A stretch of 32,000 bases of DNA from an uncultured Nitrospinota bacterium (GCA_964570665.1 CAZMZH010000016.1:9642-41641), one strand, 5' to 3'; positions 1 to 9,212 are shown, numbered from the stretch's first letter. The notes: generated from the letters alone by a model not told the origin. Translations and numbers: made by a program.

Positions 1-138
1 TTGCGGTCCAATGGCCAATAAAAACGCCCCTTCTTTATAGGGAACGGCCAATACGGGGTAAGCTTTTTTTAACTTTTCTTGGACATAACCATGCCTAGAA
101 GAAACGGCTTCAGTCCAGCGAAAGGGTTCGTCAAACAT
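1..138 (-). CDS. prcA: Proteasome alpha subunit, first 46 codons only (gene runs off the left edge)
   Basis: Hand translation of the minus strand from ATG at 138-136 gives MFDEPFRWTEAVSSRHGYVQEKLKKAYPVLAVPYKEGAFLLAIGPQ, open to the edge. The ATG overlaps the prcB stop (ATGTTTGA). Its position after prcB fits the conserved mpa-dop-modifier-prcB-prcA order. Not in the ORF track because it is truncated. Confidence 0.6.
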   Translation of the reverse strand, partial: MFDEPFRWTEAVSSRHGYVQEKLKKAYPVLAVPYKEGAFLLAIGPQ

Positions 139-943
139 GAGCGTTTCTCTTCATAGATTTTTCAAAAATGGTGGCGATTTCTTCTTCATCCATAAATTGA
201 TAGCCGTCGGATGAAATGATAGAAATGATAGGGAAAATTTTATCTTCAGGCCGAGCCTTTCCGGTGGCGGTGTCAAAATGAGCGGCTGTATGCAAGAGAC
301 GGATCGCAAGTTCGGTCGCTTCTTCTCTAGTTCTTTCGGCTAATCGTTTGTCGCCCCACATATCTTCATATTCCAGTACCCCTTTTACCATGGGGGAACC
401 AGAACCTGTAACCGTGTGAGTGGTCATTTGAAATTCGGCGCCTAAGAGATCGTAAAAATGTATAGAAGATTTTTCTGTGTCTTGGTCGTATAGGGCAAAT
501 ATTGGACTGACGGCCCCAACGCCTTGCATAGCCATTCCAACATTTTCTTTTAACAAGCGTGAGAGCGCTCTGATTTTACCTTCGGCGCTTAAAGGTTGTA
601 GTTGGGATCGGCGATAATATTCGAAGTTGTGCGATAACACCCGAGCCATTTCAAAAGCGGTCGCAGGAGCGCCAGCGATAGCCATAACTGAGTAATCGTC
701 AATTGGGATTACTTTATCGCAACGTTCATACATGATGCTATTACCGGCCGTAGCTCTTCGGTCGCCGGCAACAATAACCCCTCCCTTAAAATGAAAAGCT
801 AAAACCGTCGTTCCATGAATCAATTCCGAGGAATCGATTTTACTTGGTTTTTCCAGACTATCAGATGGCAGAGAGTATCCGGATTTTTGCAATAATTCCC
901 AAAAGTCTCCAGGCGAGGTGAACTGATTTTCTATTTTCTTCAC
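131..943 (-). CDS. prcB: 20S proteasome beta subunit (Ntn hydrolase with propeptide)
   Basis: LIHG|TTVLAFHFKGGVIVAGDRRAT shows the propeptide ending in Gly followed by the catalytic Thr, as in bacterial PrcB. The GTG start overlaps the modifier stop (GTGA) and the stop overlaps the prcA ATG. Confidence 0.9.
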   Translation of the reverse strand: MKKIENQFTSPGDFWELLQKSGYSLPSDSLEKPSKIDSSELIHGTTVLAFHFKGGVIVAGDRRATAGNSIMYERCDKVIPIDDYSVMAIAGAPATAFEMARVLSHNFEYYRRSQLQPLSAEGKIRALSRLLKENVGMAMQGVGAVSPIFALYDQDTEKSSIHFYDLLGAEFQMTTHTVTGSGSPMVKGVLEYEDMWGDKRLAERTREEATELAIRLLHTAAHFDTATGKARPEDKIFPIISIISSDGYQFMDEEEIATIFEKSMKRNAHV

Positions 944-1110
944 TCGCCCGTCCGCTGTTTATACTTTTCAGATTGTTTGGGGTCGACTTTTCGCATCCGT
1001 TTTAAAATATTGTCTTTTCCAGGCGACGAAACATCGGGTTTTTTAGGCCCGTCTTCGCGTCGTTCTGGAGGGGCGTCTTTTTTCTCTTCCCTTCTTAATG
1101 GATCGCTCAT
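940..1110 (-). CDS. Small ubiquitin-like conjugation modifier, UBact-type (56 aa, C-terminus RTGE); absent from the supplied ORF track
   Basis: Hand translation of the minus strand 1110->940 gives MSDPLRREEKKDAPPERREDGPKKPDVSSPGKDNILKRMRKVDPKQSEKYKQRTGE*. The ATG overlaps the dop stop (ATGA) and the stop overlaps the prcB GTG. The protein is charged and low-complexity like Pup, and sits exactly in the pup slot between dop and prcB. Confidence 0.8.
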   Translation of the reverse strand: MSDPLRREEKKDAPPERREDGPKKPDVSSPGKDNILKRMRKVDPKQSEKYKQRTGE

Positions 1111-2588
1111 GCAAACCGCTCCTTTTCCAATTTTAAAGCTTCAGAAACTTCTTCGGGAGTAATCACCCGAGTTAAATCGTTATAACTTCCATCTTTATAT
1201 TCTACGCCTGTCCAATGAATATTTTTAATAGAATCTGCACAATATTCTACAGCTTTTCCTCGGACCATGGCGCGTGTCCCATCAGGAGGTGAATCCATTG
1301 CTTCGGCAATCTTTTCTTCCGGTGAAAACTGAAGAATTCTTCCTTCTTGCTCCAGTCCGCGAAAAAGTCCGCGTTCTGGATCTATATTATGATACTCCAA
1401 ATCGAGGCTTTTCATCCATGGATCGTTCCACTCCAAATGCTCAGCGACCATAAATTCGGCAAAAAGCTTCTTTTTTATCGCCCAGTCTATACGATTCGAA
1501 AGTTTTTCGGGAGAATTTTTTAGATCGTCTAAAGTCCTTTCCCACTCCTTTAATATCCAGTCCCAGTCTTCTCTTTGTCCAGCGTATGATTTTTGGGCTT
1601 TTTCCAAATAAAATTCCTGAATTTCTAAAGAAGAAATGGATTTTCCATTTTTTCGTTTTAATAAAATGGTACCCGTTAGATCCCTTGAAACTTCTTTAAT
1701 GTCCCATACAGGTTCGGTCAGTTCTGGAACGGTTCCCAATTTTTCTTCTCCTATGAGAGTAAGTACCAATTGGGTTGCTCCCACTTTTAAAGCCGTTGCA
1801 TAAGGCGACATATTTGCGTCGCCCAAGATCAAATGAAGACGCCTGTATTTATCGGACGCTGCATGCGGCTCATCGCGTGTATTCACAATGGGTCTTTGAG
1901 TCATGGTTTCTATGCTCAAAAGACATTCTATAAAATCGGCTCTTTGTGATAACTGTAGTTTTTCGAAGGGAGCTAATTCTTTGCACTCGGTTCCAACTTT
2001 TCCGGATCCTGCATACAACTGCCGTGTCACTAAAAAAGGAACTAAACCGTCAACCCATTGTTGAAAAGGTAACGCTCGAGGGATCAGATAATTATCATGG
2101 GTCCCATAACTGTGGCCTATATAGTCGGTATTATTTTTAAAAAGCTGTATGGAGTCTTCGCCTAAATCTTTATTCCGTAGCCGAGCGCATTCCGCAAGTA
2201 TGTGTTCTCCCGCCTGATCGTGCGCCACTAAATCAAAAATGTTTGCGCATTCCGGAGTGCTGTATTCAGGATGGGTGTGATCGTTATAAAAACGAGCTCC
2301 GTTAGCCAAAACTCGATCGCATTTCATATCCCAATATGAATAGGGTCTTTTACGATCCTCCTTACAAAACTCGTCTTCCTCTTCGTCTTGGGCGAGACGT
2401 TCGACAGAAAAACCGCGTTGGTCCGTATGAGTTCGTTCTCTAAAATAAGCCCAAAGGCGGAATACGCTTTTTTTTTCGCAACGTTTCAATAACGCCATAG
2501 ACTCTTCTACGGGATCGGAATCTTCAACGTTTTCACGGATAATTCCGTATTCTGTTTCAATTCCCATTAAGGGAACAATATCGGTCAT
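1107..2588 (-). CDS. dop: Dop-like deamidase/depupylase (Dop/PafA carboxylate-amine ligase fold)
   Basis: Motifs GIETEYG, NGARFYNDHTHPEYSTPEC, GHSYGTHDNYL and LVTRQLYAGSGKVG are shared by Dop and PafA. The long insertion RERTHTDQRGFSVERLAQDEEEDEF... after the first strand resembles the Dop-specific loop, which PafA lacks. The gene lies immediately upstream of the modifier gene, as dop does. Confidence 0.8.
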   Translation of the reverse strand: MTDIVPLMGIETEYGIIRENVEDSDPVEESMALLKRCEKKSVFRLWAYFRERTHTDQRGFSVERLAQDEEEDEFCKEDRKRPYSYWDMKCDRVLANGARFYNDHTHPEYSTPECANIFDLVAHDQAGEHILAECARLRNKDLGEDSIQLFKNNTDYIGHSYGTHDNYLIPRALPFQQWVDGLVPFLVTRQLYAGSGKVGTECKELAPFEKLQLSQRADFIECLLSIETMTQRPIVNTRDEPHAASDKYRRLHLILGDANMSPYATALKVGATQLVLTLIGEEKLGTVPELTEPVWDIKEVSRDLTGTILLKRKNGKSISSLEIQEFYLEKAQKSYAGQREDWDWILKEWERTLDDLKNSPEKLSNRIDWAIKKKLFAEFMVAEHLEWNDPWMKSLDLEYHNIDPERGLFRGLEQEGRILQFSPEEKIAEAMDSPPDGTRAMVRGKAVEYCADSIKNIHWTGVEYKDGSYNDLTRVITPEEVSEALKLEKERFA

Positions 2589-4195
2589 ATCATGGAGCGA
2601 GTGAGAGTCTGATCTGTTGCGTCGTCGGATTCTTTAGGACGTCTAATTCGAGCTACGCTTTGAGAATCGAAGTCTAAAAGTTGGAGCCAATCTTCCATAT
2701 TAGGATCTGCGGGGAAAATACTTCCTTCATTAAACTCGTTTTCTATGGCTGAAGTTAGATCTTCAGGCTTGATGGTCAATTCTTCTCCTGCAATAGCCCG
2801 CTCAATGGCAATTTCTTTGGCCCGTTTAACCACATTTTCTAGAATGGCCCCCGAAATAAAATCATGCCAATAAAGTTTTTTCATATCCCCATTCTTTAAA
2901 GAAAGGGTCAAAACATTTTGTTTAGAGTCTTTTGAAAAAAGAGTTTCCAAAGCGGGCGTTATCATTTCTTCCACGCTGGATTTTTCAAACGGCAATTTTT
3001 CCGTTAAATAGATTTTTAGTATCTCTTCGCATCCTTGGCGATCTGGGCGAGAAACTTTAATTTTTCGATCAATTCTTCCCGGTCTCAAGATTGCGGGATC
3101 AATTAAGTCTGGCCTGTTTGTCGCTAATATTACGACCGCATCTCGAAGCGATTGCACGCCGTCCATTTCAGCGCAAAACATAGGAACCAAGGTATTAGAA
3201 ATATTATTGCCTCGCATAGCTTGTCGTGTTCCTAAAACGGATTCGGCTTCGTCGATAAAAATAAAAGGCATTTGTCCCTGGTCGCGATACTCCCGAGCTT
3301 TTTGAAAAATTTCGCGAACCTTTCTCTCAGATTCGCCTAACCACATATTCAAAATTTCGGGGCCTTTTACGTGGATGAATCGGCCTTGGATATCTTTACC
3401 GCCGTCTTCGCCTAGTTTGCTAACTATTTCCGTCAATATGGCTTTTCCAACCAGAGTTTTACCGCACCCTGGCGGGCCGTAAAAAAGAAACCCTCTTGGC
3501 AACTCGTATTCCATCTTCTCAATGATTTCTCCGTGTAAAATGGGATACTCAATTACTTTACGAACTTCGTTAACGGCTTTTTCCTGGCCGCCAACTCGGT
3601 TCCACTCCACCGGTTTGAAATCGTCTTCTACTAATTTGTTGGATTGCCGTTTGGGTAATTTGCCAATGACAACTTTTTGCGAAGGGTCTAAATAGACCTC
3701 GTCGCCTTCTTTAAACGATTCGCTTTCTAGGCCGTCCCGGATGTAAACCATAGATTCGGCGGCGCCGGTTCCTGAAGACACTAGCCATTGGTCATTTTCC
3801 AATTTACAAGAAAGCCTTGATAATGGACCTTGCTCGGGCATATTCAATTTTGAGATTATGGCGAAGCCCTCGTTTAAGGCCACTAAATCTCCTAATTTTA
3901 ATTCTTCTTCAATTTCTGGAGAAACCGCCGCCTGATATTCTTGACCTCCCACAGACAGCCTGAGCAAATCGCCTTCGCCAGGGCCTAAAACGACGCCAAT
4001 TCTATGGGCCGGGGATTTTAGCTGTTCGATAGTCTCTTCTAACGTTTTTATTTTCAACGTCAACCGCTGGGTTTCTTGCTGAGAATGAAGCAACGCATCG
4101 CGTAAGTCAAAAATCTTGGCTTGCAGTTCTGGGTGTTCCTCGGTTTCTTCTAAAATTCTTTCAATCAGTTCAGATATATGAGTCGAATCGCCCAT
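2585..4195 (-). CDS. mpa: Proteasome-associated AAA+ ATPase (Mpa/ARC)
   Basis: It has an N-terminal coiled coil (ELQAKIFDLRDALLHSQQETQRLTLKIKTLEETIEQLK), OB-like middle region, Walker A GPPGCGKT, Walker B FIFIDEAE and NRPDLIDPAILRPGRIDR. Its stop overlaps the dop start. Confidence 0.9.
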   Translation of the reverse strand: MGDSTHISELIERILEETEEHPELQAKIFDLRDALLHSQQETQRLTLKIKTLEETIEQLKSPAHRIGVVLGPGEGDLLRLSVGGQEYQAAVSPEIEEELKLGDLVALNEGFAIISKLNMPEQGPLSRLSCKLENDQWLVSSGTGAAESMVYIRDGLESESFKEGDEVYLDPSQKVVIGKLPKRQSNKLVEDDFKPVEWNRVGGQEKAVNEVRKVIEYPILHGEIIEKMEYELPRGFLFYGPPGCGKTLVGKAILTEIVSKLGEDGGKDIQGRFIHVKGPEILNMWLGESERKVREIFQKAREYRDQGQMPFIFIDEAESVLGTRQAMRGNNISNTLVPMFCAEMDGVQSLRDAVVILATNRPDLIDPAILRPGRIDRKIKVSRPDRQGCEEILKIYLTEKLPFEKSSVEEMITPALETLFSKDSKQNVLTLSLKNGDMKKLYWHDFISGAILENVVKRAKEIAIERAIAGEELTIKPEDLTSAIENEFNEGSIFPADPNMEDWLQLLDFDSQSVARIRRPKESDDATDQTLTRSMI

Positions 4196-4455
4196 TAAAT
4201 TTCCTTATTTTGTATTGGGATTGAGTCCATTTTATGACCATTAAAAATAAAAGGTCAAGACAATTGTCTTAAAACCTATTTTAGCAAAAATCAAAAAATT
4301 TCTTTTTTTTCAATAGATTTTAAATGTATAGCGCAAAAAATCTATGGTTAAACCTATTTTTTAGATAATGGTTGCGAGTGGCGTTAATTACATGTAAAAA
4401 TGAGGAGAAGACCTGTTTTTTTTAATAGATTTACCTCCAATAAAACCAGCTAATT

Positions 4456-5757
4456 TTGATGAGTTCTCGCAAAGTTCATAATAAATCAAGTATAGAAAAG
4501 TGTGTTCTTAGCTTTAGTCACGACAAGTTTCCATCCCGAGAGGAAGCGGACGAAGTTAGTATCAATAAAGCAAAAAGAGAAATTGCCGCCGGGAAAAAAG
4601 GGATCAGTCATCTTATATTAAGGGCCGAGAACGAAGAAATCGATAGACTTAAATTTCTTTTTCCAATTTGTGGCGTTCCAATCATGTGTTACGCGCTGGC
4701 GAATGTTCTAAACTCCAGTTTAAAAGAAATCGCCGTCATTGGTTCTCCTCAAGTTCGTCTGGTTCTAGACGCTTATTTAGAAAATATTGGCGATCAAGGT
4801 AAAAAAGTCGTTTTTGTTGATGAGGAAAAAGATAATCTCAGTTTAGGTCGCGCCATGACATCGGGGCGGGATGCTCTTCAGCCTAGTTCTGACGAATTGA
4901 TTTTATTTCAACCGGGCGATCTTCCTTTTATGTACGATGTGGAAAAAGTTCTTCAAGATAGCGATATTGCCAGTCACAATTTAATTTTATGGCTCAACGC
5001 TCGCAATACCATGTTCCCCGAAACTGACGTGAATCCGGACTCGGAATTTATTGTCAGAAATTATCATTACAGGGCTATTGACCAAGATGCCGATCTATTA
5101 TTCGATATTAAAGAGCCCAATATATACCCCATTAACTTTAGTTCGGTAGAACCCGATATTATCGACCTTCTTCATCAAACGCGAAAAGACGGAAAAATTT
5201 TTCAAGCGTTATTGCGCAAAACTTTGAAGCACCCGCGTCGTCTAATGAGGATGTTATCCGTATTTGCGCAAGAGGCTCTTTTATTCAGATCGGCTGCTGC
5301 TCGTTACCGGCCAGACGACGAATATCAATTCGGAATGCATAAAGACAGATTTGATCGAGGCGCGTCCATATTATTGGACACAAATGTTACGTCTAAATTC
5401 CACGACGACCCAGCATTTGTTGCCGATGTAGACGCCTTAGAAGACTGGGAAGATTATGAAGAGGTTGGACATTACGCCGAAACCCATCATGGAGAAGATG
5501 GGTTGTCAACAATTCATCCCTATGGGCAAGCGCTGATTCAATTTAAAGAGAAGGTTATGCCTCGGCTAAAAACTCAAATTCCTCTTTACCATGATTTCCC
5601 AAGTTATATGAATCAGTTGTATCAATCTCTCCAAATGGACAGACAACCCTTTGACGAATCTGGAGAATATATTTCTCAAAATTCCGAGCTAGCAAAAACG
5701 AAAACGGCTTTTCATTGGTATAGCGAAAAAACTAAAAGCCTCCTGCAATTTACATAG
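4456..5757 (+). CDS. Hypothetical protein; N-terminal third weakly resembles a MobA-like/GT-A nucleotidyltransferase fold
   Basis: Long ORF of 433 aa. FPICGVPIMCYALANVL...IAVIGSP...FQPGDLPF resembles NTP-transferase motifs by eye only. The start is uncertain (TTG 4456 or ATG 4459) and no clear RBS is present. Confidence 0.5.
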   Translation: MMSSRKVHNKSSIEKCVLSFSHDKFPSREEADEVSINKAKREIAAGKKGISHLILRAENEEIDRLKFLFPICGVPIMCYALANVLNSSLKEIAVIGSPQVRLVLDAYLENIGDQGKKVVFVDEEKDNLSLGRAMTSGRDALQPSSDELILFQPGDLPFMYDVEKVLQDSDIASHNLILWLNARNTMFPETDVNPDSEFIVRNYHYRAIDQDADLLFDIKEPNIYPINFSSVEPDIIDLLHQTRKDGKIFQALLRKTLKHPRRLMRMLSVFAQEALLFRSAAARYRPDDEYQFGMHKDRFDRGASILLDTNVTSKFHDDPAFVADVDALEDWEDYEEVGHYAETHHGEDGLSTIHPYGQALIQFKEKVMPRLKTQIPLYHDFPSYMNQLYQSLQMDRQPFDESGEYISQNSELAKTKTAFHWYSEKTKSLLQFT

Positions 5758-5805
5758 CGTTTTTTAAAAGCGGCCAATTCTAATCCTGTTTCAAGCCTTA
5801 ATTTA

Positions 5806-6870
5806 ATGATGAAGCAACGCCCAACCTTAAGAACCTTTGTTCTTCTTTCAGTTCTTATTCATTTAGTGATTGCTATCACCCACAAACTTTATCCAAAAGT
5901 TTCAGATCCTATCGAAAAGAAACCGCCGGTCAAAGTAAAGTTTGTCGCTCCTAAAAAGCCGGAGATACCTCAGTTTGTAGAAACTTCCAAACCAAAAAAA
6001 ACGGAAGCTGCAAAGACTTCCGAGATTGTCTCAAAGTACAATAGTAAAGCTCATTCACCGGCAAAAATACATAACACTCCAAAACTAAAAGCAAAAAAAA
6101 CTATCATTCCTAAATTGGTTCCAAGAAAACCGACACCTTTGCCGACTCCGGTCGAAAAACCTAAAAAACTTGCGAAAAAACCAAAAAAGGTTATTAAAAA
6201 GAAGCCGGAACCTCCTAAAAAGAAACCTAAAAAAATTGTTAAAAAATCGCCAAAACCTCCTAAAAAAGAACTAAAGAAAAAAGTCGATAAAACTCCAGAG
6301 AGAAAAATTGAAACTAAGAGAAAAATAAAGGCTATAGAACCAAAACCAAAACTGGAAATTACAGAAAAGCTTATAGAGCGGACTTTTGAACCTAAGGTAC
6401 ACCCTAGAAAACCCATAAAATCTCCAGAGCTTCCTCAGTCTCAAAGTTTATTGGCAATGATAGATGGAATTGATCCAGAAAAATTCGCAACGATTGAGAC
6501 GGAAGACGAAGAAGAGTCCGGCGATGAAGAAGTGGTTTCTCTCAACACAAAGGAAGTCAAATACGCCGATTATATGGCGCGCATAAAACATCAAATTGAA
6601 AAAGTATGGAGTTATCCCGAGCAAGCGGCGAGAAAGGGCATCAGCGGTCAAATAACTTTAAGGTTTAAATTATCTAAGGATGGTAACTTGTTAAGCGTTC
6701 GTATGGTAGATAGCTCCGGAACCAAGATTTTAGACGTGGCGGCTATAAAAGCGGTAAAAGGCGCTGCGCCTTACTATCCTTTCCCCGCCACCATAACAAG
6801 TAAAAAACTAGTGATTACCGCTTCATTCATTTATAGCCCATCCTATGGCAATCCCTATGCTAATAGATAA
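5806..6870 (+). CDS. tonB: TonB family energy-transducer protein
   Basis: It has an N-terminal TM anchor (TFVLLSVLIHLVIAI), a long Pro/Lys-rich spacer (KKPKK, KPPKK repeats) and a C-terminal TonB domain (YPEQAARKGISGQITLRFKLSKDGNLLSVRMVDSSGTKILDVAAIKAVKGAAPYYPFP). No exbBD genes are adjacent. Confidence 0.85.
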   Translation: MMKQRPTLRTFVLLSVLIHLVIAITHKLYPKVSDPIEKKPPVKVKFVAPKKPEIPQFVETSKPKKTEAAKTSEIVSKYNSKAHSPAKIHNTPKLKAKKTIIPKLVPRKPTPLPTPVEKPKKLAKKPKKVIKKKPEPPKKKPKKIVKKSPKPPKKELKKKVDKTPERKIETKRKIKAIEPKPKLEITEKLIERTFEPKVHPRKPIKSPELPQSQSLLAMIDGIDPEKFATIETEDEEESGDEEVVSLNTKEVKYADYMARIKHQIEKVWSYPEQAARKGISGQITLRFKLSKDGNLLSVRMVDSSGTKILDVAAIKAVKGAAPYYPFPATITSKKLVITASFIYSPSYGNPYANR

Positions 6871-7634
6871 AGTTTACTAAGGTCGAGAGGAAAACTCCTT
6901 CTTAAGAAACTTACCTTTTACTTGAGAAATCTCCCTCCCTTTAATTAAAGTTTAAATGATTTATCGAGAAGAATAAGCTTGCTAAGTTTAAAAATCGAGA
7001 GATAAAAGGGATAAATCGCTATACAAACTTAAGCTTTTAAACAGAATCCATACTATTTCTTCAGTACATCGAAAGGGACAGAAAAAAATCACAAATTTCG
7101 GATTTCCTAAATAATTTCGGAAAAATAAATTTTATTTAAAGAAATTTCTTTACACAAACTATTGATTTTATAATAACTATTCCCGCCTTCCATTAAATCG
7201 TCCTTTTGGTCTATTGAAATTTCTTCTTATTATGTTACATTTTTGCAACAATCATAAGGTTTTTCCTATCTAATATTTTTATAGAAATTTAGTTTGTGAA
7301 CCATGAAAGGAGAAGTTGACTAATTCTAGCCTCACTAAAACTACATTTATTTTAGAGGTAGTATTTGTGTTTTTACGACCCCGTTTCGAGGGCCTTTTAT
7401 TTTCGGAATTATTAGATATCGAATTAGCATATGTGTAAAAAGCTAAAAAAGACGGTTCAAGTTTTGTTAAATACGATTGCCGATCTACAGCAGCAGATAA
7501 ATACCACCGAGTCAACTCCCGAACCTCAAGGTTACGCCAATCCTCAAGGTCCGGATGTTTGTGAAATTCCAAAGCATCCAATTACCAAAATCTTTTAGGT
7601 TTTTATTTGTAGTAATCCAAAAGAGGAAAACATC

Positions 7635-8795
7635 ATGAAAATTACCAAACATTTTTATAATTTTTTTTGTGGGGTCATACTTTCTTTATTCATTGCCAAC
7701 TCTGCCTGGGCGGTCAATGTTAATATTGACCCTGTAGGATATGAGGGTAATTGGGCGATAAAATTTGTTACCGGACAACTTTCTGGTCCACAAATTATCG
7801 ATCTACCGGCAAATAGCTCTTACACGCTTACAATTGGAACGTTTGGAATGTTTTTTAATATTGATGCCGCAGGTAACGTGTCATCCGCTGCAACGGATTC
7901 CATAGTAGCATCCGGTAATACCATTACGTTTAGAAACGTCACGATCAATTTTGACGCGGGGAATTATATTGGTTCAAGCGGTCCAAGGAATGCCGGCCCA
8001 CGTATTAATGGTTCCCACAGTAGAGTCTTGGTTCCGGGTATCTCATACCAATTGTTTATTGGGACACATATCGTTCCTTTAAGTATAGACGCAGCTGGCC
8101 AGGTCTCTTCAACCGCTACTGATTCTATTACGGCTTCGGGAAACGTGGTTACTTTTAACAATGTCAGTATAACGGTGGATCCAAATGGTTCGATCACTCC
8201 CTATTCGGTTAGATTTGCCACCGATAGAGTTACAGGAATTCAAACGTTGGTTCTGGTCCCAGGAATCTCTTATCAGTTTTTAACTTTTGGAGCGGTGAGA
8301 GGAGGAGGTCCTTTTTCCATCGTCGCCCCTTGTGAAATTATACCAACCACATTAGCAATCAATGATGACACTTTCGATTTCGCATGTTTCAATCCTGAAA
8401 TTCAGGTAGTAGTAGACATAAAACCGGGCGGCTGTGAAAACCCGATCAATTACAAAAGTAAAGGAAATACTCCAGTCGCCATTCTTGGCGCTGAGGATTT
8501 TGACGTTTCCACGATTGATGTCGATTCTATTCGCTTGGCTGGTCAAGAGGGTTTCAAGTTTTCAATCGAAGATGTTGCTAATTCCACCGAATGTGACGGG
8601 GTGGATGGAATAGAAGATTTAACTTTTAAAATCCAAACACAAACACTACTCGAAGGAATCAAGGACGCTGTTGGAGGTTTAAGCGATGGCGATACGGTTT
8701 CCGTAGAAGTTACCGGTAATTTAAATGAAGATTCTAACGGTACCGCAATAACAGGTGGCGACGAAGTTTCGATCTTGATAAAAGGTAAAAAGTAA
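7635..8795 (+). CDS. Secreted hypothetical protein with internal tandem repeats
   Basis: RBS agagga lies upstream of the ATG. The signal peptide ends ANSAWA|V. There are two clear repeats of ~57 aa (IDAAGNVSSAATDSIVASGNTITFRNVTINFD / IDAAGQVSSTATDSITASGNVVTFNNVSITVD) plus a partial third (LVPGISYQ). Confidence 0.7.
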   Translation: MKITKHFYNFFCGVILSLFIANSAWAVNVNIDPVGYEGNWAIKFVTGQLSGPQIIDLPANSSYTLTIGTFGMFFNIDAAGNVSSAATDSIVASGNTITFRNVTINFDAGNYIGSSGPRNAGPRINGSHSRVLVPGISYQLFIGTHIVPLSIDAAGQVSSTATDSITASGNVVTFNNVSITVDPNGSITPYSVRFATDRVTGIQTLVLVPGISYQFLTFGAVRGGGPFSIVAPCEIIPTTLAINDDTFDFACFNPEIQVVVDIKPGGCENPINYKSKGNTPVAILGAEDFDVSTIDVDSIRLAGQEGFKFSIEDVANSTECDGVDGIEDLTFKIQTQTLLEGIKDAVGGLSDGDTVSVEVTGNLNEDSNGTAITGGDEVSILIKGKK

Positions 8796-8812
8796 CTTCT
8801 CAAAATTAAGAA

Positions 8813-8847
8813 GGACGTAGCCTTCGGGTTACGTCCCTTTTCTTTTC
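8813..8847 (+). terminator. Rho-independent terminator of the secreted-protein gene
   Basis: The stem is ggacgtagcc-ttcg-ggttacgtcc (one G.U pair), followed by cttttcttttc, 18 nt after the stop codon. Confidence 0.7.
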
Positions 8848-9005
8848 ATTCCTTTACCAACATAAGTAAAAACACTTCCTTTATTCGATTTTTAAAATCT
8901 AAAGGATTACGCCCTCCGAGAAGCTAACAGTATTTCCCGTCTAAAGAAAAACCGTTGATTTTTCTGGTTAAAAACGTTTAAATGGTCGTCTTGCCAAAAG
9001 CCAAG

Positions 9006-9042
9006 GCCGACGTAGCTCAGGGGTAGAGCAACTGATTCGTAA
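9006..9042 (+). pseudogene. Orphan 5' half of a tRNA-Thr(CGU) gene, truncated right after the anticodon loop
   Basis: GCCGACG-TA-GCTC-AGGGGTA-GAGC-A-ACTGA-TTCGTAA folds as acceptor 5' strand, D arm, anticodon-stem 5' strand and a 7-nt loop with anticodon CGT. The following bases (ttaattattc) cannot close the anticodon stem. No T arm or CGTCGGC acceptor strand follows within 400 bp. Confidence 0.75.
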
Positions 9043-9212
9043 TTAATTATTCATTTTAAGGGTTCTTATAAATCAATAACTTAGAGGGGCTGCCCGTTGC
9101 TGATATGTCCCTAAACGTCCTAAAACGTTCTATAACCTCGCACAAAATCCGCACAAAGTTTAATTAGATAACACACTCAATATTCCCGATAGACTTCATC
9201 AAAAAAATATCT

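Noticed and set aside
977-1162. 61-aa + strand ORF in the track
   Set aside because: It lies antisense to the hand-found UBact-type gene and the dop 3' end. The minus-strand reading has perfect operon coupling and a recognisable product, whereas this one has neither.
1946-2140. 64-aa + strand ORF inside dop
   Set aside because: It is an antisense shadow ORF wholly within a well-supported gene.
6051-6651. Two minus-strand ORFs (121 aa and 67 aa) inside tonB
   Set aside because: They are the mirror image of the Lys/Pro-rich repeat region (AAA/CCN codons read as F/G-rich). They have no independent signals.
7279-7581. 100-aa minus-strand ORF in the AT-rich gap before the secreted-protein gene
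   Set aside because: It has no RBS and no recognisable domain. The C-terminal half is low-complexity, and it sits in promoter-like AT-rich DNA. It could be real, but I cannot support it.
7964-8803. Three minus-strand ORFs (77, 64 and 86 aa) overlapping 7635-8795
   Set aside because: They are antisense to a gene with an RBS, signal peptide, internal repeats and a terminator.
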